From: Blastocatellia bacterium
GTDB lineage: Bacteria > Acidobacteriota > Blastocatellia > UBA7656
Length of the DNA: 64,000 nt
Reading direction: 5' to 3'
NCBI GenBank assembly: GCA_963765495.1
Contig: CAVXWP010000009.1
Location: forward strand, 448,001 to 512,000
Shown: positions 28,627 through 38,551 of the stretch, one piece after another
Layout of the letters: each line of letters opens with the position of its first letter
Numbering within the stretch: the first letter of the stretch is position 1
Notes under the pieces: model-generated
Database searches by the model: none
What the model saw: only the letters and a program-made list of their open reading frames with translations
What the model was told of the DNA's origin: nothing
Made by a program: the position numbers and the translations under genes

Positions 28627-29541
28627 TTATTCTACTGACCGATGCTTTAAAAACGTGTTCTCCTGAAGTTCTTCGAATGCCTGCCGAAGCTGCTCTTGCG
28701 TATTCATGACAATCGGCCCATACCAGGCTACCGGCTCTTCCAGCGGCTGGCCCGAAACCAGAAGAAATCTTATGCCCTCGTCTCCGGCCTGCACGATCAC
28801 CTCGTCGCCCCGATCAAAGAGCACGAGCGAGCGATCAGCGGCCTCAGACGGAGGCGTGGTATCCAACCATCCGACCGGCTCGGTCGGCACAGCAAGAGGA
28901 CCGGAGGCGTTACAGAATTTGCCTGCCCCGGCGAATACGTATGCCAGCGCGTGGCGCGAGGTCTCGACGGGAAGCGTCTTTCGCTTACCCGGTGGGACCG
29001 ACACATCCAGATAGATCGGATCGGCTGCGATGCCGTCGACGGGCCCCTTCGTTCCCCAGAAGCTTCCGCACACGATTCGCGCCTGCGTTCCATCATCATC
29101 GGTCACAACGGGGATGTCGGGAGCCTTTACTTCCTGGTAACGAGGCGCTGTCATTTTCAGCGCCGCAGGCAGATTGGCCCACAACTGAAAACCGTGCATG
29201 CGCCCCGCCGGGTCTCCTTTTGGCATCTCCTGGTGGATGATGCCGCTGCCCGCCGTCATCCACTGAACGTCCCCGGCCCCAATCGAGCCGCTGTTGCCCA
29301 TGCTGTCGCCGTGCTCGACTGTGCCCGCCAGCACATAGGTAATCGTCTCAATTCCCCTGTGAGGGTGCCAGGGAAAGCCCGCAAGGTAATCTTCTGGAAT
29401 GTCGTTGCGGAAGTCGTCGAGCAGCAGAAAGGGATCGAAGTCAGAAGTGTTGCCGAAACCGAAGGCGCGATGCAGCCGGACGCCCGCGCCTTCGAGCGCA
29501 GGCTTGGACTTGCTGAGTCGCTTTACTGGTCGAATAGACAT
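28627..29541 (-). CDS. Pirin-family protein
   Basis: [32 protein letters not shown]. Confidence 0.95.
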   Translation of the reverse strand: MSIRPVKRLSKSKPALEGAGVRLHRAFGFGNTSDFDPFLLLDDFRNDIPEDYLAGFPWHPHRGIETITYVLAGTVEHGDSMGNSGSIGAGDVQWMTAGSGIIHQEMPKGDPAGRMHGFQLWANLPAALKMTAPRYQEVKAPDIPVVTDDDGTQARIVCGSFWGTKGPVDGIAADPIYLDVSVPPGKRKTLPVETSRHALAYVFAGAGKFCNASGPLAVPTEPVGWLDTTPPSEAADRSLVLFDRGDEVIVQAGDEGIRFLLVSGQPLEEPVAWYGPIVMNTQEQLRQAFEELQENTFLKHRSVE

Positions 29542-29754
29542 CGTTGATCTCCAATCAACCCTGCCAGCGCCCCTTCCGGCGCTCGGCAGGTTATGTTCTA
29601 ACGTAATGCCGCCAGTCACTCTTCAGGTCGTCACCTGCGGTTAAGAAAGAGCCGCCGGTTATTGCCTGCTCGTGCCTGGCCTCGCCCGGGAAGATTAATT
29701 ATAAAGGAGTTCTTAGCCTCTTTGCACCAATCAGATGTGAGCCCTTTCTGAGGT

Positions 29755-30534
29755 TTAACCATTTACCCACACGCGCATCTCGATCAGTTCGGCCGGGCCA
29801 AATTGTGTTACAAACGCCACATCGGCGGCGTCCCGGCCGTAGGCGATTGCGATACGCCCCCCACGAGGCTGATCCTGAGTGGCATCGAATGTATACCACC
29901 TGCCCGCTATAAAAGCTTCAAACCACGCGTGCAAATCCATAGGCTTGAGCCTGTGCAAATATCCGACAACCATCCGGGCGGGGATGTTCAGGCTGCGACA
30001 TAAGGCCATCCCCAGGTGCGTAAAGTCCCGGCACACGCCCGCCCTTTTCTCGACTATAGTGCGAGCGGATGTCGTGGCATCGCTTGTGCCGTAGCGATAT
30101 TCGATATTCGAGTGAATCCAGTTCTGTATCGCCGCTACCTGATCGTATCCCGGCAGGGCTCCCTCTGTAAGCCGTCGCGCCATATCGCCAAGCAGATCGG
30201 ATTCCGAGTAACGGCTGGGCAAAAGAAACTGGAGGACATTGTCGGGCAACTCCTGAACGGGTGTGAAGGGCGCACCCGGTTCCACGTCAATCTCTTCGGA
30301 TGTCTCGACAGTGGCGCTTGCGGAAATCTCGAAGCGACCCGCAGGCGCTTCGATCCTCTGACACAGATTCCCAAAGCTATCAACATATTCCACAACAGGC
30401 GCGGTCTGCGATAAGGTGTAACGCTCTTCGGCTACCCACTGAGCGCTGCCGCTGCGAGGTCTGAGCATCAGTACAAGCAATGATGACTCAGACACTTCAA
30501 ACACTATTTCACAACCTACATCCAGACGCATCAT
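29755..30534 (-). CDS. Transglutaminase-like protein
   Basis: GVCRDFTH, DLHAWFE, FDAT, GRDAADV. Confidence 0.93.
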   Translation of the reverse strand: MMRLDVGCEIVFEVSESSLLVLMLRPRSGSAQWVAEERYTLSQTAPVVEYVDSFGNLCQRIEAPAGRFEISASATVETSEEIDVEPGAPFTPVQELPDNVLQFLLPSRYSESDLLGDMARRLTEGALPGYDQVAAIQNWIHSNIEYRYGTSDATTSARTIVEKRAGVCRDFTHLGMALCRSLNIPARMVVGYLHRLKPMDLHAWFEAFIAGRWYTFDATQDQPRGGRIAIAYGRDAADVAFVTQFGPAELIEMRVWVNG

Positions 30535-30568
30535 CTACTCCAATTCGCCTCGTCCCGTATCTGTAACA

Positions 30569-30687
30569 GTGATACGTGATACGTGATGCGTGATTTATAG
30601 GAAGGTAGCATAAAAACGCTGACTGCCTGACAGGTCCGGTCACGAATCACGCATCACAAATCACGTATCACGGATGACGCATCACGC
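30569..30687. repeat. Inverted heptamer tandem-repeat element (CGTGATG family)
   Basis: 4 GTGATRC units, spacer, about 7 TCACG-type units. Confidence 0.88.
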
Positions 30688-30707
30688 AAGATTCAGGCAA
30701 GCTAAAC

Positions 30708-31523
30708 TCAGATCACATCCACCTTTACATCCACTTCCATTCGTTCCTTGGAATTTCCCTTATAGATGCCTCGGGTCGGCGGCACATCGGCATAATCGCG
30801 CCCGATGGCCATCCGCACATACTTGGCGGTCTGTTTGCGATTGTGAGTCGGGTCGAGCGACACCCATCCTTCGCCCGATATAAACACGTCTACCCAGGCG
30901 TGCGTGGCGGAATGCCCGTTCTCCTGCGCGGAGGGACTGTTCAGATAGCCGCTGACATACCTCGCCGGCAAGCCCGCGCTGCGACAGGCCGCTATCATCA
31001 CGTGCGAATAGTCCTGACAGACGCCGCGCCCTATCCGCAGAGCCTCATCGGCCTTCGTCTTTACGTCGGTCGCGCCGCGCTCATACTTGATTGCGGCGTG
31101 CACCTTCTCCATCAACCTCGTAACCCTGTTGATCAAATCGTCCCCGCTTTCGCACGACCCGGCCAGTTCGGCAAAGACCTCGCCCTTTGGCGCATAGATT
31201 GAAGGCGACAGAAAATCGTACTGATCGAGAGGCGATAGCTCTTTCTGTTCATCTGTAAAACTTTCCGCCGTGTAAACTTCGCTCCGCGCCGTCACCTTCA
31301 ACTCTCCGTGCGGTTGCAGCACATCGAAGTAATGGACTTCATTGTTGTAGCGGTCTCTGTATCTGGTTACTTCGCCGCGCGGTTCGGTCGCCAGATTAAA
31401 GTACATGCGGCGTTGACCGGCATTATCCATCGGCGCAAGCCGCATCTCGGTGTAAGCCTCGCTGATCGGCTTATCGTAGAAAAAAACGGTCGTGTGTTCG
31501 ATGCGTAGTTTCATAGTTCTCAC
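30708..31523 (-). CDS. Transglutaminase-like protein with Bact_transglu_N domain
   Basis: RIEHTT..Y, GVCQDYSH, THAWVD, LDPT, GRDYADV. Confidence 0.94.
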   Translation of the reverse strand: MRTMKLRIEHTTVFFYDKPISEAYTEMRLAPMDNAGQRRMYFNLATEPRGEVTRYRDRYNNEVHYFDVLQPHGELKVTARSEVYTAESFTDEQKELSPLDQYDFLSPSIYAPKGEVFAELAGSCESGDDLINRVTRLMEKVHAAIKYERGATDVKTKADEALRIGRGVCQDYSHVMIAACRSAGLPARYVSGYLNSPSAQENGHSATHAWVDVFISGEGWVSLDPTHNRKQTAKYVRMAIGRDYADVPPTRGIYKGNSKERMEVDVKVDVI

Positions 31524-31535
31524 AAATGTCGGGAA

Positions 31536-32576
31536 TCAATAAATAAATGGCTGTTCCGTGGCAGCGCCGCTTTCGAGCGTCTGCTGTTGCTGCGCCTGTT
31601 GCGGGTGCAGTTCCGGCAAAATTATCTGCGTGCTGAAGTAGGTGTGCGTCACATCGGCGGCGGCGCGGTTGATGCGGATTATGAGTTGATCGAGATAGGA
31701 GTGCAGCTTTTCGTCGAGTATTTCACGCACATCAAGATACTCAAGTTCGGCGACCATCTGCCCGAGCGTGCGTTGAGGATGGCTCAATGCCTGAAGATGC
31801 TTCGCCGCTTCGTCTATCCCCGAAATAGCGTTTATGGCTTGCAGACTGCGGTTCAAACAGTAAGCCACGGCGCGCGGGAACTCGCGATTGAGCAGCAGGT
31901 ATTCGATTATCAATGGAGACTGTATCTGTGAAGCGTTTGCTTTGCGAAAAGGCTCGAAGGCACTGCACGATTTTAACAGCGCCATCAATTGCAGAGGCGC
32001 GTCTTCGGATGATTCCGAAAGGCGGCTGATAGCCTGATACTTGGTGTCGAGTATGCGTACGGTCTTTTCGGCGCGCTCCAGATGCTTGGCGAGTTGAATA
32101 AACTGATACGCCTCGCCGTGTGTCATCGTCTCGTTTGTGATCCCCTGAAATGCGTGCGAACCGTCGCGAATCTCGCCAAAAAATTCGAGCGGCGCGCGCG
32201 ATATGGCCGCGCGGTTGGCCTCTTTCGTCGCAAAATAGAGGCGGTTCAGGTACTCCCACATCTCCTTGCTGATCTGCTCGCGAACGCTGCGGGCGTTCTC
32301 GCGCGCAAGCGTTATGCACCACACAACGGCATTCGGGTTGTGCTGATTCCAGAGTATGAAATCGATCACGTTTGCGGCGTTGTAGGCATCATAATGCTGA
32401 TTGAACAAAGGCTCGTCGCCGGTAATCGCGATCAAGGGCCGCCAGCCCTGCTCGCTGTCCATCTGGCGGGCATCGAGCAGAGTGTAAAAGTTTACCGCCA
32501 GCACCCGCGTCATGTCCTCTGCCCGCTCGATGTAGCGGGACATCCAGTAAAGCGAATTTGCAACACGTGAAAGCAT
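31536..32576 (-). CDS. Alpha-E domain protein (DUF403)
   Basis: [40 protein letters not shown]. Confidence 0.95.
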   Translation of the reverse strand: MLSRVANSLYWMSRYIERAEDMTRVLAVNFYTLLDARQMDSEQGWRPLIAITGDEPLFNQHYDAYNAANVIDFILWNQHNPNAVVWCITLARENARSVREQISKEMWEYLNRLYFATKEANRAAISRAPLEFFGEIRDGSHAFQGITNETMTHGEAYQFIQLAKHLERAEKTVRILDTKYQAISRLSESSEDAPLQLMALLKSCSAFEPFRKANASQIQSPLIIEYLLLNREFPRAVAYCLNRSLQAINAISGIDEAAKHLQALSHPQRTLGQMVAELEYLDVREILDEKLHSYLDQLIIRINRAAADVTHTYFSTQIILPELHPQQAQQQQTLESGAATEQPFIY

Positions 32577-32600
32577 AGAAAATCCGATCAACGATTTAAC

Positions 32601-34067
32601 TTAATGGCTCAACACCCAGGTGTCTTTGCTGCCGCCGCCCTGCGAAGAATTGACTACGAGTGAGCCCGAGCGCAAGGCGACTCTCGTCAGCCCACCGGCT
32701 ACGATTGTTATCTTCTCACCATTGAGTATGTAGGGGCGAAGATCAATGTGGCAGCCGCGCAATTCTCCTTCTATGTATGTCGGATGTCGGCTCAGGGAGA
32801 TGGTCGGTTGCGCGATGAAATTTCGCGGATTGGCTCTGACCTTTTCAGCATACTCCTCGCGCTCGGCCTTACTCGAATGCGGGCCTACAAGCATGCCGTA
32901 GCCGCCGCTTTCGTTCACCGCCTTCAAAACCAGCTTCTCCATATTGGCGAGCATATAGGCGCGCTGCTTGTCGTCGCTCGCAAGATAGGTAGGCACATTG
33001 TTTAGTATAGGCTCCTCGCCCAGATAGTAACGAATCATCTCCGGCACGTATGCGTAAACGGCCTTGTCGTCTGCCACGCCTGTGCCTATGGCGTTTGCGA
33101 GCGTGACCTTTCCCCGGCGATAGGCATTCAACAACCCGGCCACACCGAGCGCGCTGTCGCTGCGAAACGCCATAGGGTCGAGGAAGTCATCATCCACGCG
33201 GCGATAGATTACATCGACCCGCTTGAGCCCTCGGGTCGTGCGGGTGTAGACGTTATCGTTGTGGCAGATCAGGTCGCGGCCTTCGACTATTTCGATCCCC
33301 ATCTGCCGCGCCAAAAACGAATGCTCGAAGTAGGCCGAGTTATAGATGCCCGGCGTCAGCAACACTACGTTCGGATCATAGGCTTCGCGCGGCGCGACCG
33401 AGCAGAGCATGTTGAGCAATTCCTGCGGATAATGATCTATCGGCATCACGCCGTAGCGCTCGAACAGGCGCGGGAAACATCGCTTCATCGCCTGCCGGTT
33501 TTCCAGCATGTAGCTTACGCCCGAAGGCGAGCGAAGATTGTCTTCGAGGACGTAATAGTTGCCGTCGTGATCGCGAATCAAATCCGTGCCTATGATGTGG
33601 GCATAGACGTTGCGCGGCACATCAATGCCGATCATCTCGCGGCGGTAATGCTTTGCGCCAAAGACGAGTTCGGGCGGGATGCGACGGTCTTTTATTATGC
33701 GCTGGTCGTGATATACATCGTGCAGAAAATGGTTGAGCGCCGTTATGCGCTGGGTGAGCCCCCGCTCGAGCATCTCCCATTCATCGTGCGAGATGATGCG
33801 CGGAATCAGATCGAATGGAAAGATTCGCTCTATCCCCGCGTCTTCGTTGTAAACGGTGAAGGTGATCCCTTGATAGAGAAACGAAATATCGGCGGCGCGA
33901 CAGCGCTCATCCAGATCACTGGTGCTCAAGGAAGAGAGGCGATCATAAAGGACGCGGTAATGCGGGCGCGGCTCGCCTGAGTTTGAAAACATCTCATCGA
34001 AAAAATTGCCCAGGTTATAATTACGGCTCAGAACCGGTGTATCCGATTCCATCTTTGTGTCAGACAT
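32601..34067 (-). CDS. Circularly permuted type 2 ATP-grasp protein
   Basis: [46 protein letters not shown]. Confidence 0.96.
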   Translation of the reverse strand: MSDTKMESDTPVLSRNYNLGNFFDEMFSNSGEPRPHYRVLYDRLSSLSTSDLDERCRAADISFLYQGITFTVYNEDAGIERIFPFDLIPRIISHDEWEMLERGLTQRITALNHFLHDVYHDQRIIKDRRIPPELVFGAKHYRREMIGIDVPRNVYAHIIGTDLIRDHDGNYYVLEDNLRSPSGVSYMLENRQAMKRCFPRLFERYGVMPIDHYPQELLNMLCSVAPREAYDPNVVLLTPGIYNSAYFEHSFLARQMGIEIVEGRDLICHNDNVYTRTTRGLKRVDVIYRRVDDDFLDPMAFRSDSALGVAGLLNAYRRGKVTLANAIGTGVADDKAVYAYVPEMIRYYLGEEPILNNVPTYLASDDKQRAYMLANMEKLVLKAVNESGGYGMLVGPHSSKAEREEYAEKVRANPRNFIAQPTISLSRHPTYIEGELRGCHIDLRPYILNGEKITIVAGGLTRVALRSGSLVVNSSQGGGSKDTWVLSH

Positions 34068-34235
34068 GGCGATTGCTTGTGGAAAAAGGACCTGGCTGGT
34101 TCCTTCTCAAATCCCCTTAAGAAAATACCATTCCCTTATCGAAAGAGAATGGGAAGCATCCATAGCCTTGCTTCTGGTGTTCTAAATTCGGTTGAGAGCG
34201 ATTGAGCTAATGAAAAATCTACGCAAATCAGCGAC

Positions 34236-34264
34236 AGTATAAAGGCCCATCGGGAATGAGTCAA
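34236..34264 (-). promoter_or_regulatory. Putative sigma70 promoter of the ATP-grasp operon
   Basis: TTGACT-17 nt-TATACT on the minus strand. Confidence 0.55.
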
Positions 34265-34287
34265 ACTTTTGTAGGAGATCAGAAATA

Positions 34288-34353
34288 GCCACAGAGCCAC
34301 AGAGTCACAGAGAAAAGCTTACAAAAAATCTCTGTGGCTCTGTGGTCTGTGGC
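34288..34353. repeat. Inverted octamer (GCCACAGA) element, copy 1
   Basis: 3 x GYCACAGA...3 x TCTGTGG; homologous to the reverse complement of 49293-49353. Confidence 0.85.
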
Positions 34354-34372
34354 AAATTTTTTCCTTCCGATT

Positions 34373-35473
34373 TCACTGGCGGCGGGCGGGAACCCAGTCG
34401 GGTTCAAAGCGCGTTCCCAGCACCAGTCGCACAAACAGGCCATAACTGGCAATGCCCGCCTGCACGCGATTGGCCTTGAGAAAACGGTCATACATCTCCG
34501 ATTGCATGCGGCTCGCCTGTTGGTTCAGCCCCCTGCTCACCCGCTCGCTTATAGCGCGAAGATCGGCTATGACCTGAGGCGCGAGTTGGAGAGGCGCATC
34601 AGTCGTATTTTCCTCCTCGCTCCGGCGCGGCAGATACATATAAAGCGCCAGCCATCCCGAATACCTCACCGCCGCCGATTCGGATCGCAGACATGAGAGC
34701 AAGGCGACAAAATTGGCCTCGCCTTCATCGGCAAACCCCGCCAGATGCCCCCATTCGTGTGCCAGCGTGAACGGCTTTTCAATCGGCAACAACTCGGCGT
34801 TGAGTATGACCTCAAGCCCAAACGGATTGGTGAAGCCTTCGATTCCAGTAGTCTTGAAATAGGGGTTGAGAATCGAAGTCTTGGCAACCCCGGGAGTGAT
34901 GCCGCTTCTGTCTCCGAGATCGACGACTACCCTGTTGAACGACGCGGCAAGCATTCTCCGCATCTCTTCATCAGAGGGCCAGTCGCCTGCCCTTACCTCC
35001 CCCGAAATCGCGTTGAGATTTTCGATTGTCGTTCTTCTCAGCAGGCCCAGCGCTTCCACGCTCAGGCGCTGGTTGTCGTATTCGAGTTTTCCGACAAGCG
35101 GCTCGCGCAGATAATTGAGCCCCCACAGAATCTCAAAGAGCAGAAAGATTGCCGCCGTCAGCACGAGGGTGTGAAAAAAGAGCAGCGGCAGGGCTCTCAA
35201 GCGTCTCCCCTTCCCTGCTTTTCTGATGCGATATGACCACCAGACGGGCGCAGCAATCAACACGGCAACAAGCAGAACATCGCCCAGCGCAAACGGTAGC
35301 AGGTTTGTAAAAGACGTAAGCAAGGGCTGCAAAGTAAGATAAAAACCGTTTGTGTAAAAGCGCTCGACCCACGCCCGGGGAAGCGGGATAAAAGCCAGCA
35401 GCAGCGCGGCAATGATTGTGAAAAGACCGAGCCACACGCGAGCGGAAAGGTTTTGCCTCAAAAATAAACGCAT
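34373..35473 (-). CDS. DUF3810-family membrane zincin-like protein
   Basis: WVERFY, WGLNY.R, GFTNPF..E, HEWGH.AGFADEGEANF. Confidence 0.88.
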   Translation of the reverse strand: MRLFLRQNLSARVWLGLFTIIAALLLAFIPLPRAWVERFYTNGFYLTLQPLLTSFTNLLPFALGDVLLVAVLIAAPVWWSYRIRKAGKGRRLRALPLLFFHTLVLTAAIFLLFEILWGLNYLREPLVGKLEYDNQRLSVEALGLLRRTTIENLNAISGEVRAGDWPSDEEMRRMLAASFNRVVVDLGDRSGITPGVAKTSILNPYFKTTGIEGFTNPFGLEVILNAELLPIEKPFTLAHEWGHLAGFADEGEANFVALLSCLRSESAAVRYSGWLALYMYLPRRSEEENTTDAPLQLAPQVIADLRAISERVSRGLNQQASRMQSEMYDRFLKANRVQAGIASYGLFVRLVLGTRFEPDWVPARRQ

Positions 35474-35530
35474 GATGAAATTGCGCTCTTTTGACAGGTT
35501 TGCAGGGTTATCATCTTTTGAAATTCTTTC

Positions 35531-35562
35531 AAAAAAAGGCAAGGAGCCTGCGCCCCTTGCCT
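35531..35562 (-). terminator. Rho-independent terminator after the metallothionein gene
   Basis: AGGCAAGG..CCTTGCCT hairpin followed by a run of 7 T on the minus strand. Confidence 0.75.
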
Positions 35563-35586
35563 CATTTGCTCGCCTGAATCCAAAAC

Positions 35587-35742
35587 CTAGAGCTGGCTGG
35601 AACAGCCGGGATGACCGCAATCACAGGCAAGCTCTACCGAATCGCCCGCCGTTTCACAATAAGGGCTGCAATAGCTGCCGTCTTCGGGCTGCGCGCAATT
35701 ACAGCTTACGTGCGAGCAGTTTTCTCTCTCTTCGTCTGCCAT
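35587..35742 (-). CDS. Bacterial metallothionein (51 aa, absent from ORF track)
   Basis: Hand translation MADEERENCSHVSCNCAQPEDGSYCSPYCETAGDSVELACDCGHPGCSSQL; AAGGAG RBS; own terminator. Confidence 0.9.
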   Translation of the reverse strand: MADEERENCSHVSCNCAQPEDGSYCSPYCETAGDSVELACDCGHPGCSSQL

Positions 35743-35834
35743 CTGATACTCCTTACCAAAAAATAAGAGCGTCCGCAGATAAATCTATTCTATCAAGTTT
35801 CTCTCGATCTCGCTTCCCTCGTTGATTTGACGGA

Positions 35835-37277
35835 TCAAATATTTTCTTCCGTCAGATTGCCTGCGCGATGGAGTTTCATCGAAAGCGATATGATGGGATC
35901 GTCGAGCTTGCCCGCCATCACGACTACGCCTTCGCCACGCGCGGCAAGCCCCCGCTTGAGCAATATCTGATCGGCCTCTGCCAGAAGCGATTTTTTTTCA
36001 ACAGGGTTGGCCCGAAGCATGTATGGCTCGACACCCCAGGTTACGGCCAATTGCGCGTAGCTCTGTTTGCGAGTCGTAAAGGCGATGATTCGCTGGCGCG
36101 GACGGAGCGCAGCCATGCGGCGTGCCATGTGCCCGCTCTCAGATATGACTACGATCAGACGGCAATCAATCTCTTCGGCGGCAAAGGCGGCGGCCTTGGC
36201 AATGGCCCGGCCATAAGAGCCGTGTCGCAATTTAAAAATCGTCTGCCTTATAGCGGCGTTGTTTGTGAACCCTATCTCCTCGGTAGTGCAAATGATCTCG
36301 TCCATTATCCGAATCGTCTCAACCGGGAACCGACCTACAGCAGTTTCGCCCGACAGCATCACCGCGTCCGACCCGTCGAGCACAGCATTCGACACATCGG
36401 AGGCTTCGGCGCGAGTCGGCCTCGGATTTTCGATCATCGACTGTAGCATCTGAGTCGCGGTGATAATGGTCTTTTCGGCAAGCAGCGCATCGGAGATTAT
36501 CTTTTTTTGCAGAACGGGCACGCGGGCGGTCGAAGTCTCTACGGCCAGGTCGCCACGCGCTACCATCACGCCGTCGGCAACATCGAGGATATTTTGGAGG
36601 TCATCGACGGCTTCGGGTTTTTCTATCTTCGCTATCAGCCGAGCCGAACCGCCAAACTCCTTTATCAATTCGCGCGTGCGGCGGCAATCTTCGGCTCGCC
36701 GGACAAAGGATTGAGCCACTATGTCTATGCCGCGCTCGATTCCGAATTTCAAATCGACGATATCTTTTTCAGTGGTGGAAGGGATCGAGATTTGAGCGCC
36801 GGGCAGATTTATACCCTTGCGCTCGCCGAGCACTCCGCCGTGAATGACTCTGGCTCGGACGTCGGTGTCGGTGGTGTCGATAACCTTAAGCTCAAGTTCG
36901 CCGTCGCTGATGAGTATTCGGTCGCCGGGTTTGACTTCGCTTGCAAGCAACGGATAGTTGGCAGAAAAGCGGGCCGCATCGCCTTCGATATCTTCGCTTG
37001 TGATTGATACCTGAGCGCCTTCTTTGAGCACCACTTCTGTATTTCGCAGACGCCCGGTACGAATCTTCGGGCCTGAAAGGTCCAGCATTACAGCCACGTC
37101 TTTATCGAGTTCGGCTGCAACTTTGCGGATGCGATCTATGACAAGGCCGTGATGCTCGCGCTCTCCGTGCGACATATTGATGCGCGCCACATCCATCCCC
37201 GTCGTCATGAGCGCACGCAACAACTCTTCGGATTCCGACGCCGGACCAATAGTTGCAACTATCTTCGCTTTTCGCAT
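35835..37277 (-). CDS. pyk: Pyruvate kinase
   Basis: KIVATIGPAS, IAKIEK, VMVARGDL, ATQMLQSM..NPRPTRAE. Confidence 0.98.
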   Translation of the reverse strand: MRKAKIVATIGPASESEELLRALMTTGMDVARINMSHGEREHHGLVIDRIRKVAAELDKDVAVMLDLSGPKIRTGRLRNTEVVLKEGAQVSITSEDIEGDAARFSANYPLLASEVKPGDRILISDGELELKVIDTTDTDVRARVIHGGVLGERKGINLPGAQISIPSTTEKDIVDLKFGIERGIDIVAQSFVRRAEDCRRTRELIKEFGGSARLIAKIEKPEAVDDLQNILDVADGVMVARGDLAVETSTARVPVLQKKIISDALLAEKTIITATQMLQSMIENPRPTRAEASDVSNAVLDGSDAVMLSGETAVGRFPVETIRIMDEIICTTEEIGFTNNAAIRQTIFKLRHGSYGRAIAKAAAFAAEEIDCRLIVVISESGHMARRMAALRPRQRIIAFTTRKQSYAQLAVTWGVEPYMLRANPVEKKSLLAEADQILLKRGLAARGEGVVVMAGKLDDPIISLSMKLHRAGNLTEENI

Positions 37278-37295
37278 AAACCTCCCACACTTTCA

Positions 37296-37402
37296 AGTTT
37301 TGAGTTTTGAGTTTTGAGTTTTGAATTGAGGGAGAGTTTTGAAAATGCCGGTACCGTGCTCAGGTCTCAGGATTCAAAACTCAAAACTCAAAACTCAAAA
37401 CT
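37296..37402. repeat. Inverted heptamer element (AGTTTTG)4...(CAAAACT)4
   Basis: Read directly from sequence; spacer about 50 nt. Confidence 0.9.
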
Positions 37403-37405
37403 TAT

Positions 37406-38023
37406 TCAGGGTTGGGCGAGCGCGCTGTTGACTGCCTCATCGAGCACGCGGGCATGCGAATCCGTGTAGCCGATCAGGTGTTTTACGAGTTTTCCGTCGC
37501 GCCCGAAAACGAGCGTTTGCGGGATAGTGTCGTCTTCGCGACCGAGATAATCGAGAAACATTTGATCTGAGGCCATGCCGATTGTGTAATCGATATTGTA
37601 CCGGTCCCTGAAGCGGCGAATGGCATCGGGCGTGGACCTTCCCCGGTCGTCTATATGCAGACCGACCACTTCGAGCCCGCGAGCGCGATTCTGGTCGGCG
37701 ATTCTTACGAGTTGAGGGATTTCTTCTCTACAGGGCGGGCACCACGTAGCCCAGAAGTCGAGCACTACAACCTTGCCGCGATAATTCGACAGATTTATCG
37801 TCGCGCCGTCCATCGTCGGTATGCTGAAATCGCTAACGACGGTCGTAGTCGTATCTGACACGGGCGTGCCCGGCAGCGCAACTCTCGAATCCGTCTTCAC
37901 ATCCACGTGACCGAAAAAAAACACATAGCCTATCGTTGCAACAAGCACGGCGACCACGGCGGTTGCAAGTATGCGACCCGGCGTCCACATCGTCTCATCA
38001 GAGGTGGCATTATCGTCTGCCAT
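37406..38023 (-). CDS. TlpA-family thiol:disulfide oxidoreductase, membrane-anchored
   Basis: VVVLDFWATWCPPCREEIP; N-terminal TM helix. Confidence 0.93.
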   Translation of the reverse strand: MADDNATSDETMWTPGRILATAVVAVLVATIGYVFFFGHVDVKTDSRVALPGTPVSDTTTTVVSDFSIPTMDGATINLSNYRGKVVVLDFWATWCPPCREEIPQLVRIADQNRARGLEVVGLHIDDRGRSTPDAIRRFRDRYNIDYTIGMASDQMFLDYLGREDDTIPQTLVFGRDGKLVKHLIGYTDSHARVLDEAVNSALAQP

Positions 38024-38064
38024 CTATTACCTCCATCCTAATGCTCTTTCAAGCCAATGCTCTT

Positions 38065-38238
38065 TCAAGTTTCGGGCTGATTCTCTGCAATCTCATCAAC
38101 ATCGGTCAAAGGTAACGAGACATGATAGTCTTCCGATGCCCAGTTGCCGAGATCAATGATGCGACATCTTTCAGAGCAAAACGGGCGATCAGGGTTGTCT
38201 TTCCACTCAGTCGCTTTTCCGCATATAGGGCACTTCAT
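38065..38238 (-). CDS. yacG: DNA gyrase inhibitor YacG (57 aa, absent from ORF track)
   Basis: Hand translation MKCPICGK...RPFCSERCRIIDLGNWASEDY; GAGG RBS. Confidence 0.93.
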   Translation of the reverse strand: MKCPICGKATEWKDNPDRPFCSERCRIIDLGNWASEDYHVSLPLTDVDEIAENQPET

Positions 38239-38400
38239 TAGATTTAATACCTCTCTGTTTTCTTTGTCGCTGTTAAGATCAATGATACTACGAATGAAGG
38301 CGAGTCCGCACCAGCCGAGGGCTCAAGAGAGCGGAATGGCGAAAGTCGCCTGATTCATTTCTGAGGCGCGTTGACGTATAATGCAGCGTGGCCGGTTGGT

Positions 38401-38481
38401 ATCTGGACTCCCGAAGTTCTGGTCTCTGATATAGAAATGCCCGGCGAAGATGGCTATGGCTTTATCAGTCGATTGCGGGCC
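38401..38481 (+). pseudogene. Fragment of a receiver domain
   Basis: WTPEVLVSDIEMPGEDGYGFISRLR without the rest of the domain. Confidence 0.6.
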
Positions 38482-38513
38482 TCGCGCTCACTTGAACCTG
38501 CGGCCAGTCTAAA

Positions 38514-38548
38514 AATCACGAATCACGAATCACGAATCACGAATCACG
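38514..38548. repeat. (AATCACG)5, single arm of the CGTGATG family
   Basis: Five perfect units next to the S9 peptidase stop codon. Confidence 0.9.
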
Positions 38549-38551
38549 CCT

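Noticed and set aside
19283-29700. Prophage or integrative element
   Set aside because: No integrase, tRNA, att repeat or phage gene seen; called only an accessory block
24433-31523. Gln-rich protein as substrate of the nearby transglutaminases
   Set aside because: The protein is exported while the enzymes lack signal peptides; different transcription units
34373-35620. ORF-track N-terminal extensions (also 8797, 19209, 49313, 50271, 51335, 59748)
   Set aside because: They run through terminators, repeats or other genes; downstream starts fit RBS or family N-termini better
2615-38023. Selenocysteine in Bcp or TlpA
   Set aside because: Both have ordinary Cys codons and complete ORFs
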